Shown piece by piece: positions 26,619 through 41,009 of a stretch of DNA of 64,000 bases. The stretch is taken from assembly GCA_951804945.1 (NCBI GenBank), contig OX638152.1, forward strand, positions 52,576,001 through 52,640,000, written 5' to 3'. The translations under genes were made by a program, and so were the position numbers. Below the pieces are notes generated by a model. That model was not told where the DNA came from. It saw nothing but the letters and a program-made list of their open reading frames with translations, and searched no databases. The DNA comes from Podarcis cretensis. Its lineage: Eukaryota. Position 1 is the first letter of the stretch. Each line of letters begins with the position of its first letter.

Positions 26619-29091
26619 TTTGCTGTTCCATCTGAGGCAACAAACTGCTGCAGTTTCTTTCATACGGCTTTCTTTTTAAAAACTCTGAAAGGTTTCTAAT
26701 GCAAGAAATATTTTATGCATGATTTATTTATTTATTTGATTTCTTGCCCACCTTTTACCATAAAGTCCCAGGGTGGGTTGCAACAATAAAATATGCAATT
26801 ATATAACCATTACAATCACAAAACCACAAAAGTGTAAAAACAATTTAAAACAGTTCAATATATTAAATAAATAACCAACAACACTTCCATGTTTAAAAAC
26901 AATGTAAGCATTTTAAAACAATTCCATATTTAAAAACAGTTCCAGTACAGGTGCAGTCTTCTCTTCCAACGTTTCCTGTGTATACAAACTGTCCTTTGGC
27001 TAGTTCCTAGTGACTTCCATTGTAACACTAGAAGAAAATAGTTTTTCAAGTGTAGATGATCTTTATTATCCTCATTTAGCTTGCTCCTTCATGAAATAGC
27101 TTAAAAATGCCAGGAAGTCTCACAATATATTATAATAGAGCAAACTCATCAGTGTCTGCTTTACAATTCTAATTACAGGTTCTCTCAGCTATATATTTTT
27201 TCCTATTCTGCATTACATTGTAGATAGCTATCTACTATGAACCTGGATGGTGTACACAAAACTGACAGAAGTATGATTAAGTTTCCATCTTTTTTTATCT
27301 GTAGAACTGAATCTACTGAAATGAATATTATCATGTGCACAGCAATATCATAATCACATAGCACCTAAATCCTTTACGTAGCTTTTGCAGGGTTTTTTTT
27401 TAGTGTTACGGATAGTAGGGTGGGATTTTTAAGAGATACAGTGATTTAAGGTTCACAGAATAGGCTCTTCAAGAGTGTAAATGGTAGTTATTGTAGGAGC
27501 TCTCACTGAAAAGTCATTCTCCTGATGGCTCTGCCAGAGAATTATCAATTTTCAGTTGACAGGCCCTTTGTCACCTCTGTCTCAGAAAATATTCTCACAT
27601 TTCCTATTGACTTGCTGGTGGGTCTGCCCTTCTCATTAACTGACACCCTCCATAAGCAATAAGTTGTCCACTTTTGTAGTTACAGATGCTGTAATCCAAT
27701 CTATAAAATTGCTCAAAAGTAATTGGGTTAAGCATTAGATCCCAACTTATTTGACCAGAAGTCCCAGCAACATCTTACTTTGAACTAATTTCAAAGTGTG
27801 AATGTGTCATCAATGAACATTTGATGGTCAGTGTTTAACTGCCTTTAGAGTAAAAGCTAGATTAGGAAAAATCCCCCAACAGGGCTCCTTCACAGGGCTT
27901 CTTCTCCAGAAAAAGGTTGAGGCGGGCAAGCAGTTTCCTTTTCCTAGGAGAAATCACTGACTCCCCTTCCCCTGGTGCATACTTGTCAGTGTCCTGCCAG
28001 TCACTAGAGTATGTGACTCATTCAGTTAGTGATGGTGCTTGGAGAGACATCCTTGATATCTATCCAAGAATACTGGAACTTCCACTTGTTCCTGATACTT
28101 TCTTCAAGGAACATTTCATATATTCCTATTTTAACCAAATTTTAAGACCCGAAATTAAGTTGGCAGTGTTCTGGGGATTTAACATCTGTTGTCTTTGCAG
28201 TTTAATTTGATTTTAAAATAGTATGAGCACCATGCTGCCTTCAGATATCCTCCTTGATGTTAACCAAGGCCCCTTGCCCCTCCCATTTTTAAAAAAAGAA
28301 AAACTGAATATTTTTGGAGGGTTGGTTGATTGGTTGGGGCTGTTTTGCGGAAATGATGCCTTCTTTTCTATGTGGTTTGGGCTTGGGGGAGAGGTGCAGA
28401 CATTTTTCCTGTTGTTTGTTTCAAGTGGGAGGTTCTAAGTTCCACCACTTTTTCTGTGAAATGGGTATTTTGTGGTTTCCGTGACAGCTTCTTAGATTTC
28501 CAGGTGTGTCCCTAGGCTCCAAAAGTTTAGGGACCTCTGCTTTAATTAATAATCCCTATCTGCTGTTGCAGAATAAGTTCCACACCCTGAACTAAATAAA
28601 CTTGGGTCTAGTAATTATGTAACTGTACTAGACCAATTGTGGCCCTCTGTTCAAAAAAGCAGCCTGTGAGTTTTCAAGTAGTTCTTGGTTAAGTGAAAGT
28701 TTTGACAATCTGTGGTAAAATATGTGAGGCACTTAGCAACCGAGAAGATGCCAGCAACTAATCTGGACAAGACTGAAGCACTTGCAAAGTATTGTAAAGT
28801 TCTGAGGTACCATTTACCTTCCCCAGGGTTCTCTTATTATAGAACGGGTTGTGAAAATACGTTTCTCAATGGTGTAACTTCTTAGTTAGTTGTTGACCGG
28901 CAACCCAGTGAGACTGCCTGGCCCACAATATTAATATTGTGCCAGAGAGCTGGGATGCATGTTATGCTTGCCATGGTGATGTAACCCTTCTTCGTGCCAT
29001 GTACAAACACTTACCATATGATTTGGCTCCATCATATGGGGAGCATCCCTTCCATGGTCTATATCAATATGGACAGATAGATGGTGTAGGA

Positions 29092-29261
29092 CAGGCACTT
29101 CCAACTCCCAAGAGACTGTGATCTACTCCCAGTATAAAAAACCTGGCAGTGATCTACCCATTGGTCATTGTTGAGAGTTGTCGAGTTTTTTGTGGGGAGG
29201 ATAGCCTGTAGGATGCCCGCGATCGACCAGTAAATTGCGATCGACTGCTTGGACATGCCTG
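29092..29261. mobile_element. hAT-type MITE
   Basis: CAGGCA...TGCCTG ends, GATC(G/T)AC motifs, 8-bp TSD GT(G/T)TAGGA. Confidence 0.6.
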
Positions 29262-32200
29262 GTTTAGGACAATAGCTGCTGCTTGTCAGAAACAGGCATT
29301 AATTAATAGCTGCCAATGACAGTTGCATCAGCAGAAGGCAGTCACTGTAGAACAGTGAATTTTTAGTCCCTGCAAAAGAGTGGTCTAATCTACCTTCAGA
29401 CCCTGGGCGTGGAAAATGTTGCTCAGATGATTGTCAACATGCTTGGTAGTTGTTTGGAAAAGGCACCACCCTATTGCCACCCTAGTTGATCAGCTAGCTA
29501 TCACTGATTATTGAACCAAGGTTATGCATGCACAAAGTGGAACCACATATGCATGCAAGTGAAGCATTAATTTATAATATAACTAACAAATTGTGCAGGA
29601 GATGCAAACTTTCAGTGGTCAAAATTGTCTCAATAAGCATAATTCATCTATAGGTGCAGTATTTGAAAGATAAATTGTCACCGCAATAATATCTGGAATC
29701 TATATTTTTAAATGAGGTTATTAACCTTAATAAAAACAGATTGAATATGAATGTGTATCGATCTTAAATTCAAGCAAATGCAATTTTCCCTGAAAAACTC
29801 TTATCATTGTACCATTGATTGAGATCATTGTTTCACTTTCTCTAAATTTATTAGTCATGCATCATTGAGAATCAATATTACACCATGGTTTCTAGCCAAC
29901 AGTAGCCATCAGATCAGTCAGAAGTTTTTAGCTGTGACTGTAACCAATTAGAATAGTTGGCCATTCTAGGGAAACTTTCCCACACTGAGCTACCCTAGAT
30001 GCAGCTCAGTCTGACCCAAAAGTCTTTTGTAGTTGGTGTGAAGCAGACATTTATTTGTATTATACTAGCTAAAAAGAATAAACAAGCTTGAAAGTACTAC
30101 AAAGTGCACACCATCTCTGGGCCATTACAAGCTACCCAATGTGAGCTCTCTCTGTGTTTTGTGTATATGCTTAGCTCAAAGCATTAAGATATTGATCTTA
30201 TTTTCTGTGGAATTTATAGAATGGGGTTAAGCTGACTAATTATACTTTCTTCTGCCCTTACTGAAAAGATCTCAAACATTTTATCATTGCAACAACCAAC
30301 AGTTAGAGTTAGACTGAGTGAGGGACAGGTCCAAGGCCACCCACTGAGCTGCATGTGGAAATTTTGAACTGGAGCTCTCCAATCTTAATCCAATACTGTA
30401 ACCACTTTACCAGAACTACGGTATATGTTAAAGAACAGGCTGAGCCTTTCAATATTTTTCTTTATTCAAAATAATAAGTTCCAAACCAGTACAAAATATA
30501 AATAGGTATCTATGTTTCCAAACACTCTCTGGCTTCCTGGTTCCAGTTCTTTCTACTTCTTCCTTCTTCTGTTGCTTTTTTTCTTCCACTTGCCTTTTGT
30601 TTTATCCTACCTCTATACCTTCTTTCACCTCCACTATCAAGAGTATATGTCTCCTGAAGGATGTCCAGTTTATGCCCTGTAGAATCCATCTCTTAATGCA
30701 ACTACCCTTTCATTTTCCATTTCTATTAGTTAAACTTATTATTATCAGGTATTAGTCAATGAGTTGTAATTAGGGAGGAAGTAAGAGATGAATACCTCTG
30801 AAAAGCTACATATTGAACCACCCCAATGCAATCTTTGCCAGATGGGCTAGGTCGCATATTGGTGAAAAGCAATTGGAAAACAGCCATACATTTATCTGAA
30901 GAGAACATAAAGACTATGCGTGAGCAAACAACAGGATGATCTAGTGTTAAGGTGGGGATGGGGAGTTCATTCAAATGAATTCATAGGACTCATGGAAAAT
31001 CTGGACAGATTGAATTGACATTTCCCCACCTCTTCATATTTTGATTTTTTTATTATACTGTTGCAGTTACAATATCAGCTATTACTACAAAAACAAACTT
31101 ATATCCAGCATTTATCCATAGTTACTTTTCCAGTAAACAATAATAAATAAAGCAATACAAATAATAAGATCTTCTATGAATACCTTCCATCAACTTATCC
31201 ATTTCACTTAGTTCCAGACATTTTTAACAGCCATTCCTGGACAGATGGCAGCTGAGAGTTTTTCCACTATATAATCCCTACTGTGTTAGCAGCAGTTAAT
31301 AAATTTGGCATGTGAAGCTCAATTAAAGTCTAAACTTAAGAATGTTTAGTGTGTAGAGTATAAAATGTCTTCATTCCCATTAACCATATCTCTCAACCTT
31401 CCTCAAGGACCGCAATTCTGTGAGTCTCTGATCTGTGAGCCACAAAGCGCAAAGTCACCTTTCTTCCTGGAAAGTTATCTAATTCCCTGAGCCAGATGCA
31501 TAGCCCGATTCACAACTCATGTGTATGTGTTAGTGTAGTTGTATTTAAGACTTTTAAGTCTCAATGGATATGTATAGTGCAACTAATAGTCTCATTTCCT
31601 CAAGACATTCTGGAAACTGAAGATCTGCGTGTGCTTCTTGAGAAATCTCAGCGCTATAATCAAACTTCAGTTCCCAGGATTCTTTGGGGAAGGCACAACA
31701 ACAATTAAGCTAGTATAAAAATTATAGAAGTGTGGATGTGCCTTTCAGGCCTTGACTGTAGTTTCTTTTCCAAAATACAGTTTCTTTTTTTATTTAGTTT
31801 AGCACACTGCACAATAATAAACAGCTAGCTTTGGATTTCTCCCTTCTTTGGCTTTCTATTATTCTTCGTCTGCTTACTGTATAATTACTATAATGACTGC
31901 ATAAGTCATTGCACATTTTACCAACTAGAATAAGCACTTCAAGGCATAATTTAACATATTTTTCATGCTAATATTTCTTATCAAATTATAAAGCTCTCAT
32001 AGGTTTATTGAGTTCTACTAACAATCCTCATGCAAACCTGCCTGTTATTTTTCTGTAATCACCATGCTGTGAAAATTGTTCAAATCATCATCAAATGTTA
32101 ACTTTAACAAATTAAGTTTTAATCTTGAGTTAAATCCATATCTATTGTACTGTATAATTGCATTGTTAAATCCATATTTATTGCAAGTCATAATTGTAGG

Positions 32201-35200
32201 GTTTTTGGAGTTGGAGAAATGCAAAAATGTCATATATATTGGGGAAAAGTAACAAATATATTCAGAGAAAGCTCAAGGGGACTGTGGAGCCTCTGGCTCC
32301 TTTTGTTCATCTACTGTTTATTTATGATTATTTCTCCTTTAGCTAGTTTTCACAAAGGGTTTATAGTTGGACAAATAGCTACAGTCCCTTCTATGTTTGC
32401 TGCCAATGGGAATTTTTAGTATATCCTCAATACTTTACTTATGAGGGGTGTGTATATTTTGCATTTATTTCATTTCCTTGCTCATGGAGCCTGGTGGTGG
32501 TGCTCTTCTGCTTTGGTTTTTTTAAAATAGCTTTTCTCCCTATTAATCAGGCCTAGTTAACCTTTCGTTCTTCATGTGTTGCTGGAATACAACTCCCATA
32601 ATCTAGAACTATTGGTCATGCTGGCTGGGGCTCATAGGTTATCTTCATTAAAAGAATCACAGGTTAGCCATCCCTGGAGACAGAGAGTTAAATAGCAAGG
32701 CAGCTGTCTGAGGAATTAAATTTAATTCCTCTGAACTGATTTTAGTTGTCCTGAAGAAAAAGATAAATTTTATTTTGCAAGAGAATGACCTGTTTCCCTC
32801 TTTGTCTGGCAGGGAATATAGATTTGTTTGCAAACTGTTTCATGAGGGGGTGAAGGATTAGAGTATCATTTAGATATCAAATGACATTAGGTCACAGGAA
32901 CAGGAACTTCTGGAAAGGATTTAGTCTCCCTGTCTGATTGTAACTGAATGCTGATCCTAGGCAATGTACTGTATATAATATCCACCCACACAAAACCTGG
33001 CTTGTGAACTCTAGTTAGGTTACCTTAAACCAGCAGGAATATCCAAAGGGTTCCAGCAAGCTTATACTTTTCCAGCAAAAGCTTAATGTTCCCTATACTC
33101 ATGCATAATATCCAGGGTTTGTGTAAAATAACATTAATGGTATTTCTGTTGCAATATTAACCATTTTGTACATTCTTGGATATTACAGGACATTTGTTGT
33201 TTAAAGTGCATGGTAAGATGTTGCATCTAAAGCACAGCCATTTTTCAAAATCAAGGGACAGGCAGACAATTCAATAAAGTCTACTTTAAAATGTCTAGTA
33301 CTGCAGGGCTATAAGTTCTAGGTAAGACTGGTGCTGCCTCAACTGTTACTCCCTGTCCTGTACCTCTTACTTAGCAAAAGCGAGGAGGAAAAAGTGTAAA
33401 TCAGTAATCTACTTTTCTAATATAAAGAACCTAGTTGCTAAATGGCAAATATAGTGATTCTAGATTCCTTGGCAATTATTTTATTTTTTATTTTGTGGTT
33501 ATTGTGGAGATCCTTCCTTTTGTGAAACTCAGCAGTCAGATAAAACTAAAACTCCTTTGATAGGAGAATTTCAAAGGAGGGGATCTAATACTGTTCGTGG
33601 GCATACAGCTCCTACTGATATAGCTGTCTAATTAAGCCTGAGTAGAAAAGCTTGGGGTTGGGGCAATTTAAAAGTTTCTTCAGAGTAGTGGATGCTGTGA
33701 TTTCCTGATCAAAATTTCTCCTCCCAAATGCTGATTGCTGCGCAAGGAGCAGCTAAGTATGTTTGCAGGTCTGACAGGGAATGGGGCACAGAGGAAAAGG
33801 ACTTAACACCTCTTTTCTATTAGCTCTTAAGAAATTCTCAGTCCCCTACAAATGCATTGCAGTTTTGTTTTTTAAGAAATACATTGAAACTGAATCACAG
33901 ATCTCCCACATAATGTGTAGCTGGCTCTTATGCTACCTTTCCAAAGGTTTCAGAATGGCTCAGTGTTCACACATATGCACTATACAGTATAATTTTATTC
34001 TTCTTATTTTTAGATATTTGGGCTTTATGCCAAATTTTCTCAGATTGCAAGTTTCCCTGCTGATCTAGTTGCTCTTTAAAGGGATTTGTTGCTTGGATTG
34101 TTATTGTTTTAAGAACTTCATTAGTTGCTCTGAGAGGCGGTTGCCTGAAGTAGTGAGACATAAATCCTCTTAATAAATAAATACATATGTACACACTGCA
34201 GCAAAAATAGGAAGGCATAGATAAGCTCTGGCATTATCTATTACACCCTACAGTTTGAAAGCAATTACTGCTGTGGAAATAGCGCAGCATAGTGGTGTGC
34301 TACAGTTCTCAATCCATCATGGTGATTGTCATTTTTCTCTTTTGCTAAGTACAAAAAAGAAACACTTCAAAAGATAAGAAGCTTGAGCCTTTTGATTTAA
34401 TGTTTTATAGACCATAAAATAAATTATCTGTGAAACTACCAGTAATTAGGTCAGATCTCATGTGCCATGCAGAATCAAGCTGTACACAATAAATGTGAAT
34501 TGTACAATAAAGTCACATATCAGACCATGAACTACATTTACTGAGAAGCTGTGTTGCTTTGGGGCATAACATAATTAAGGCATTCTATGAAAACTGCTTA
34601 AGCAATGACACAGTCTGGTTGGAAATGTTTCACAAATGTTTTGATAAACTTTCCCACAACCTCATTATTATTGATATGCTAGATACTGTGGGAAATTAAT
34701 GTGGAAGACTAGTGAGGAATTGGGTTTGGAGTGTAAATCTGGGTTAAGATGACTGAATAGATGTTGTGAAACATATACTGTATTTGTATATGGAGTAGGA
34801 TTAGCTGAGTTTCTAAAAACAGAAAAATGTGTAGAAATTCAGGCATTAGCTCTGTTTGGACATCACAACCAGCTACTGTTTCTTGTGACAGGAACAAGCA
34901 TAAGAGAGATTGGACTCACACAAGAGAACAGGAGAATGAAAGCTTTCACTTGGAATTACAGTTAACCATAATTTAGTGTTGTGAGCACATGCTAACATGA
35001 AATTACTTTGAAGCTTCATAAGCCATTGTTTGAAGTTGGCTTGTTTCAACAAAGCACAGTACTCATCAGATATGAATATACAGTTGTGCAAGTCTATTAT
35101 TGTATAGAAATTGTATGCTTGAAATAATCAAAATATCACACAAATTAACTTCTAGGAATTGATGTTTAAAAAGAGACAATTTTGATACTCACATTTTAAT

Positions 35201-35400
35201 ATTTATGTTCTTTCGTGCCAGCATCAAACATTTTAACTGAAAATGATTATATTTTGGTTTCCCCAAGCTCTGTGGAAATCACCCCCGAACTCCCAGTGGA
35301 AAGTTCACTAGAAACCTTAAACTAATAGTTCAAATGCGGACGGCAGGGGTGATCTTTGCTTTTAATAGCCCTTCAAATGTTATTTGAAGGTCCAGTCCAG

Positions 35401-35731
35401 GACCATTAGGTCCAGTCGTGGCCGACTCAGGTTGTGGCGCTCATCTCGCTTTATTGGCTGAGGGAGCCGGTGTACAGCTTCCGGGTCATGTGGCTAGCAT
35501 GACTAAGCCGCTTCTGGCAAACCAGAGCAGCACATAGAAACGCTGTTTACCTTCCCGCTGGAGTGGTACCTATTTATCTACTTTCACTTTGACGTGCTTT
35601 TGAACTGCTAGGTTGGCAGGAGCAGGGACCGAGCAACGGGAGCTCTCCCCATTGCGGGGATTCAATCCGCCGACCTTCTGATCGGCATGTCCTAGGCTCT
35701 GTGGTTTAACCCACAGCGCCACCTGCTTCCC
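35401..35731 (-). mobile_element. Sauria SINE, minus orientation
   Basis: Reverse complement of the SINE head (TTTAACCCACAGCGCCACC) and body (GCGCTCATCTC, CTGCTAGGTTGGCAGG); tail degenerate, left boundary approximate. Confidence 0.82.
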
Positions 35732-35943
35732 TTATGTCAGGTTTGCTTTGTACCAAATTGTAGGCTGAAGTTTTAACTACTGTACCAGGAATTTCCTTCA
35801 GTAAAGAGGATATGTGAATATTCTGCTGTTAGCTAAGCACTAGAAATGACACCAATTATTGTGTGGTAGAGAGAGTTTCTAGTGTATTAAACAGCAATAG
35901 AGAAAAAGGCTATTCTGAATTCCAGCAAATGGTCCATGCTTAC

Positions 35944-36087
35944 CTCTTTTATCAGGTTCATAAATCTGGGTCCAAAACGCCACGGCTTATGTCTGTGACA
36001 TTGCAGGGAGCTGACAGTCATTTGGGAGGCACGCTGGGAAGCCACTGCAACCATGTAAACAGCATCATACACCAGAGCTGCTTCTGT
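35944..36087 (-). CDS. GRIK1: GRIK1 exon 7 (144 nt), ATD
   Basis: catacAG|ACA GAA GCA ... AAA GAG|GTaag; [48 protein letters not shown]. Confidence 0.96.
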
Positions 36088-36749
36088 CTGTATGTGGGAA
36101 AATAGAAAACACTTTTAAGACAACATGTTCAGTCCCGTCCCCTGGTTTCCCCTTCATTCATTCCAAAATATGAGCCCTGTGTCTAAGGCTTGTAGTACTC
36201 TCATCAGTTATTTGTGATTATGTAAGAGTAATGTCTAATTTTAGACATTTGTTTTCTGGACCAGCAAAACTTCTTTGGATCAGGCCCTTAGTGAGCAATT
36301 ATACATTTAAACGACAGAGGTTTGTTGAGTCTATAAGACCAATGGATAGAGTTAAAGACTCATCTATTTAATGAGACATATTATTATTTATTATAAAACT
36401 TCACACACTGCAAATCTTTTGGGAAATTAATAGATTAATTCTATGCTTCATTGACCTACTTACACTACTTATAAATACTAGATAGTTTAGCAATCAAATG
36501 TGATCTGAATTTACTAACAGGTCTTAATATAGTACAAATCTGTGATCATTGTTGGTGTACAAATTAGGATTGGCATAAAATCAATAGCTTTGTTTGAGAA
36601 TAAATTTAAAGTCTTAACTTATTGTGAGCAGTGCTTCCCATATACTGGTAATCCTTCAGATCTAGGACCTGGCTTTAACCACAAACTACAAATGGGAGCC
36701 ACTTTTAAATTGTTTACCTATCATAACCATCATAAAAACCTAAGATGAC

Positions 36750-37676
36750 CCCTCCTGGATCAGACTCATCTACTCCTGTTCTCATAGTGGCCAACCATAT
36801 GTTTTTGGGAAGCCTGCAAGCAACACCTGAGTGCAACAGCACTCTCCCCACTTTCGGCTCCTAGAAACAGTTATTCAGAGGCACACTGCCTCTGCAAGTA
36901 GATGTAAACCTAAGTTATTATGGCTTTATCCTCCATGAATTGGTTCAATCCTCTTTTAAAGCCATCCACGTTGGTGGTCATCACTACATCCAGTGGGAGC
37001 GAATACAATACAGGTAACTAGCAACTTACACACATTTAACTTTTCACATTTAGCTGCACAATTAAAAAAATGAAAAATAAAAAGGGGACAGTCATCTGGG
37101 GAAAAAAGACTTTAGCAATCCCACCTGCCATTAAACTATACACGGTTTTGGCTTTACAGGGAATCCCTGAAACATAATCCCAGCATAAATTGAGAGTTGC
37201 CTGTATTTTAACTATGCACTCTTTGTGGAAGTACTTCCTTTTGCCTGTTTAAGTATTCTAGTATTGTACTTCATTGGACGACATTGGGCTCTAATATTAT
37301 AAGAGAGGATTTACTTTCTTCACTTTATAATCTTATACATAATCTTGTACACCTTATACTCCTTACTCATTTCCCCCCTAAACTAAGAAACTCCAAATGT
37401 TGTGTAACCTTTCCTCATAGTGGAGCTGCTCCATCTCCTTGATCATTTTGATTGCCCTTTTCTGAACCTTTCCAGCTCTACAATATCCTTTTGGAGGTGA
37501 AGTGACCAGAACTTTACACAGCATTCTGACTGTGCTTGTACAATACATTTGTGTAACAGCTTTATAATATTGGCAGTTTTATTTTCAGTCCCTTTCCTAA
37601 TGATTGCTAGCATTGAATTTGCCTTTTTCACAGCTGTTGCACACTGAGTTGACATGCGAGCAGAGTCATCCTGCAC
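36750..37676 (-). mobile_element. Degenerate CR1 LINE 3' fragment with nested MITE
   Basis: ORF 37443..37676 QCATAVKKANSMLAIIRKG...CVKFWSLHLQKDIVELER resembles CR1 ORF2; boundaries approximate. Confidence 0.75.
37011..37203. mobile_element. TA-flanked Tc1/mariner-type MITE inside CR1
   Basis: TA|CAGGTAACT ... AGTTGCCTG|TA. Confidence 0.55.
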
Positions 37677-38231
37677 AGAAGAAGGGTTGGCAATAGATGT
37701 AGCTTGTCACTGTACATGAGGAAAAGAGCTACACCTGCTGAAATTTCCAGCAGTCAAAGGCACAAACTTATTATTTATTGGGTTGGATGATCTTCAGGGT
37801 CCCTTCCAACTCTACATTTCTATGATTTATTAACAATCCTTATTTTGCTACCCAGTAACAATTCTCTAGGTGGCATAGAGTGCTAGATATGCTAAGGCTC
37901 CAGTTCTGTACACACACTTGCCTTGAGTAAGCCTCATTGTATTTAGTGGGGCTTATTCTGAGTAGACATGCATAGGATTGTACTGTAAAAGACAACTATA
38001 AACCTGAAATAAATCACCACCACAGCATAAAACCTCCAGCAGAAGAGATGAAAAGCAGTATAGCAAATCTTTTAAGCAACACCAAAAATTTTTTTAACAG
38101 GTTTTCAAACATTAAAATAAAAAAGTCTTCATCAAGCAGCTGAAAGACCACAGAGCAGACACCATTTTATGCCAACATTGTGGACAGAAAATGGACATTG
38201 TGGATATAGTGGACAGTACTCTTTCACTTAC

Positions 38232-38405
38232 AGTCATCATGCCATCTAGGAGACCCGTCTCTGGCTTGGGTGGTGCCTGTAGCCGTTCCATTGACCACTT
38301 CTCAATAACTGATGACACTTGTGGATTGTCAATGTTGAGTAAGCGAAATCCAGTCATATTGACTCCGCTGTATCTGTAGGGTTCCAGGTCTAGTGCAAAC
38401 AAATC
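38232..38405 (-). CDS. GRIK1: GRIK1 exon 6 (174 nt), ATD
   Basis: tttAG|GAT TTG TTT ... ATG ACT|GTaag; [58 protein letters not shown]. Confidence 0.96.
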
Positions 38406-39959
38406 CTAAATCATCAAGGTTTCATTTTGGGGAAAAATAAAGGAATAGATTGTATTAATGATAAAAGGAACCATCCTATATATTGAGTCAAGCCAATAGC
38501 CTAGTAGTGCCAACCTAGAGTAGCAATGGGTTTCAAAGCCATGGCTCATGAACCAAGGAATTGTTTTTTCCTAGCCTTGTACTGTTTTTCCTTGATCCCA
38601 AGCTCACCAAAAATGACATTCATTATAAAATCTGAATAGCTTTGATCTGAGTAGGATTTATTTTCCCCACCTTGACTTTAAGCTCACCAGACTCCAAGCT
38701 CACCAGAAATGACATTCATTATAAAATCTGAATAACTTTGAGCACAGTAGGATTTATAACATATCTCATGTTTGATTTGTTGGAACATAAAACATTAGAT
38801 GCTCACAACATTATTTTATAAGCAAGTTTCAGTGCAGTACCTGGTATTGATTTATATTATCCAAGTAATAATGTTACAGCTATTACAAATGAAAAGAAAA
38901 GAAAGAAAAGCTTGAAAAATTGGCTGGTCAATGTTAAGAAAACTTTCCAGCCCTGAGAATGAAAAAAGCTTACAGCAGTGTGATGAACAACACAGTTTTA
39001 GTACTTATGAGCACCACATTTCTGCTGCCTTGCCAGCTTTGGTAACATGCAGTCACTGTGTCTGATATATGTTTCAAGCTGGTGAAGTAGTTCTGTTTGC
39101 ATTAGAAGTTTGCAAAGCAGGGATATAATGGAGGCCTTAAGTGATATTATTTTTGTGACACATTTCATAAGCAATGTCATGGACCCCCAAAAAGTGTGAG
39201 ACACTTGTCAGGATTTGTTTCAAGGAAAAGAATTGTTGATGCTGATATCAACAGTCTTGTGAAGAAACATTGTCAATCTCTATTAAAACTTCACAATGTT
39301 TACAATACCGCAATTGCTTCTTTAAATTATAGGATACAAAGCAAAAGCTTGCTAATCTTTCCTATGGAAGGAAAGATTGCATGAGCTAAAATGTGTTTAA
39401 TTGGCTTTAAGCAACAACAAAGTGTCTCACAAGGGATGACAAATTAGTTTCCTTTCTATATACCTCCTATGTCTTGTAGAACACAGATAAAAATGTGTCA
39501 CCTTAAGTATTTTTTATTTAGGAATATTTTTGCCTAGCCTTCATCACATAGCAGTACTAGGATGGGGTAGCATGACTCTAGCACATTAACATTTCCACTA
39601 ACATAGAGAAGCACTGTAATGAGTTAAATAAGATGCCCTAATTTTGAATAGTCTATATTTGGTTCTCTCCATTCCCTCTCCCGCCCCCATTTCCTTAGAT
39701 ATGGTTTTGAAGTATGGATTCACAAGCATACAATTCTATTTTCCCCTATGCAGCACAGAGAAATGAGAGTGGGGTGGAAATAGGTTTGGTGAGTGTGACA
39801 GATATACTAGGCCACCTCTATTGCAAGATTGCTTTGCTATCAACAGTAATACAGTTAAGAAGCACTTTTCATCTATAATGGTTGACACACAGATCATAGG
39901 GGATGAAGGTCTTTAGCTACTACTGCTGTAATGGATACAAATTTATCAAAATGTCTTAC

Positions 39960-40013
39960 CAGGGTTGTAAAAAAGTAGTGATAGTATTCAGTCATCATTC
40001 CCATGGAGAGGAT
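39960..40013 (-). CDS. GRIK1: GRIK1 exon 5 (54 nt), ATD
   Basis: tcaacAG|ATC CTC TCC ATG ... ACC CTG|GTaag; ILSMGMMTEYYHYFFTTL. Confidence 0.95.
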
Positions 40014-40688
40014 CTGTTGAGAAAGCAGATTGGGAAGGAGATAAGCCAGAGAGAGAAGCACAACACAAATAATAAGCAATCTACATGAGAAATTATGAGC
40101 ATATTTGTATGGCCAGTGACTGCAGGGCTTATATTGCTTTTGCAGATCTACAGAATAGCATGGTGCTGTATGTGGTGCTCAGGGATAATAGCCTCATATC
40201 TAGATTGTCCCTTATCTTACGTTCCTTACCAGTATCCTGTTTAAAAAATGGAAATGGGAAAGTGAGGTTTCATTTTTCAGGGAACGGGTTTGGGACAAGA
40301 TTTCAAACTCTGGAGTGGAGAATTGTCAGATAAAACATATTTGGTACATTTGTGCAGGTAGGTTTCTGGTTTGTACATAAATCAGCAGCATAGAAATCAG
40401 CACTAGTGAATGAAGGAATAGTGGTATGCTTTGTTTTTAACACATGTTGCTGCTTCCCCACTGTAAGGTTGTACTCCCTGTCCATAGCCCCCAATTCTCC
40501 TTCTGAGGGGAGAGCTATGGGGAAAGCAGACACACATACTCTGGAACACTGGATGAACCAGTACTTCCCCACCCCTTCAACGACAGCAAAACACTTTCAT
40601 GTATTGTCATTTTTACTGAGCATATTTATTCGATCATGGAACTCAAGGCAGCATGCACGGGGCTTCCCAAAGGGCCCTCCCTCTAGAC

Positions 40689-40820
40689 CAGGCTTCCTTG
40701 ACCTCAGCTCTCCAGATGTTTTTGGCCTACAACTCCCATGATCCCTAGCTAGCAGGACCAGTGGTCAGGGATGATGGGAACAGCAGTATCAAAACAGCTG
40801 GAGGGCCGAGGTTGAACCTG
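40689..40820. mobile_element. Palindromic hAT MITE related to the 15483 family
   Basis: Shared core ACTCCCATGATCCCTAGCTAGC...GGGATGATGGGA; 8-bp TSD CTCTAGAC on both sides. Confidence 0.8.
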
Positions 40821-40968
40821 CTCTAGACACTGATCAGCCCCAGGCCCCCAGCCATGCTTAGCTACAAGATGGAGGCATCATATGCCTTCAGACCATGCAC
40901 TAGCCAGTCAAAGTCTTACCAAATTGTGATTATGAATATCGTAATATTCTGATTTAGAATGAGAATAT

Positions 40969-40969
40969 C

Positions 40970-41008
<39 letters not shown>
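40969..41008. repeat. (CAA)n microsatellite
   Basis: Direct read. Confidence 0.95.
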
Positions 41009-41009
<1 letters not shown>

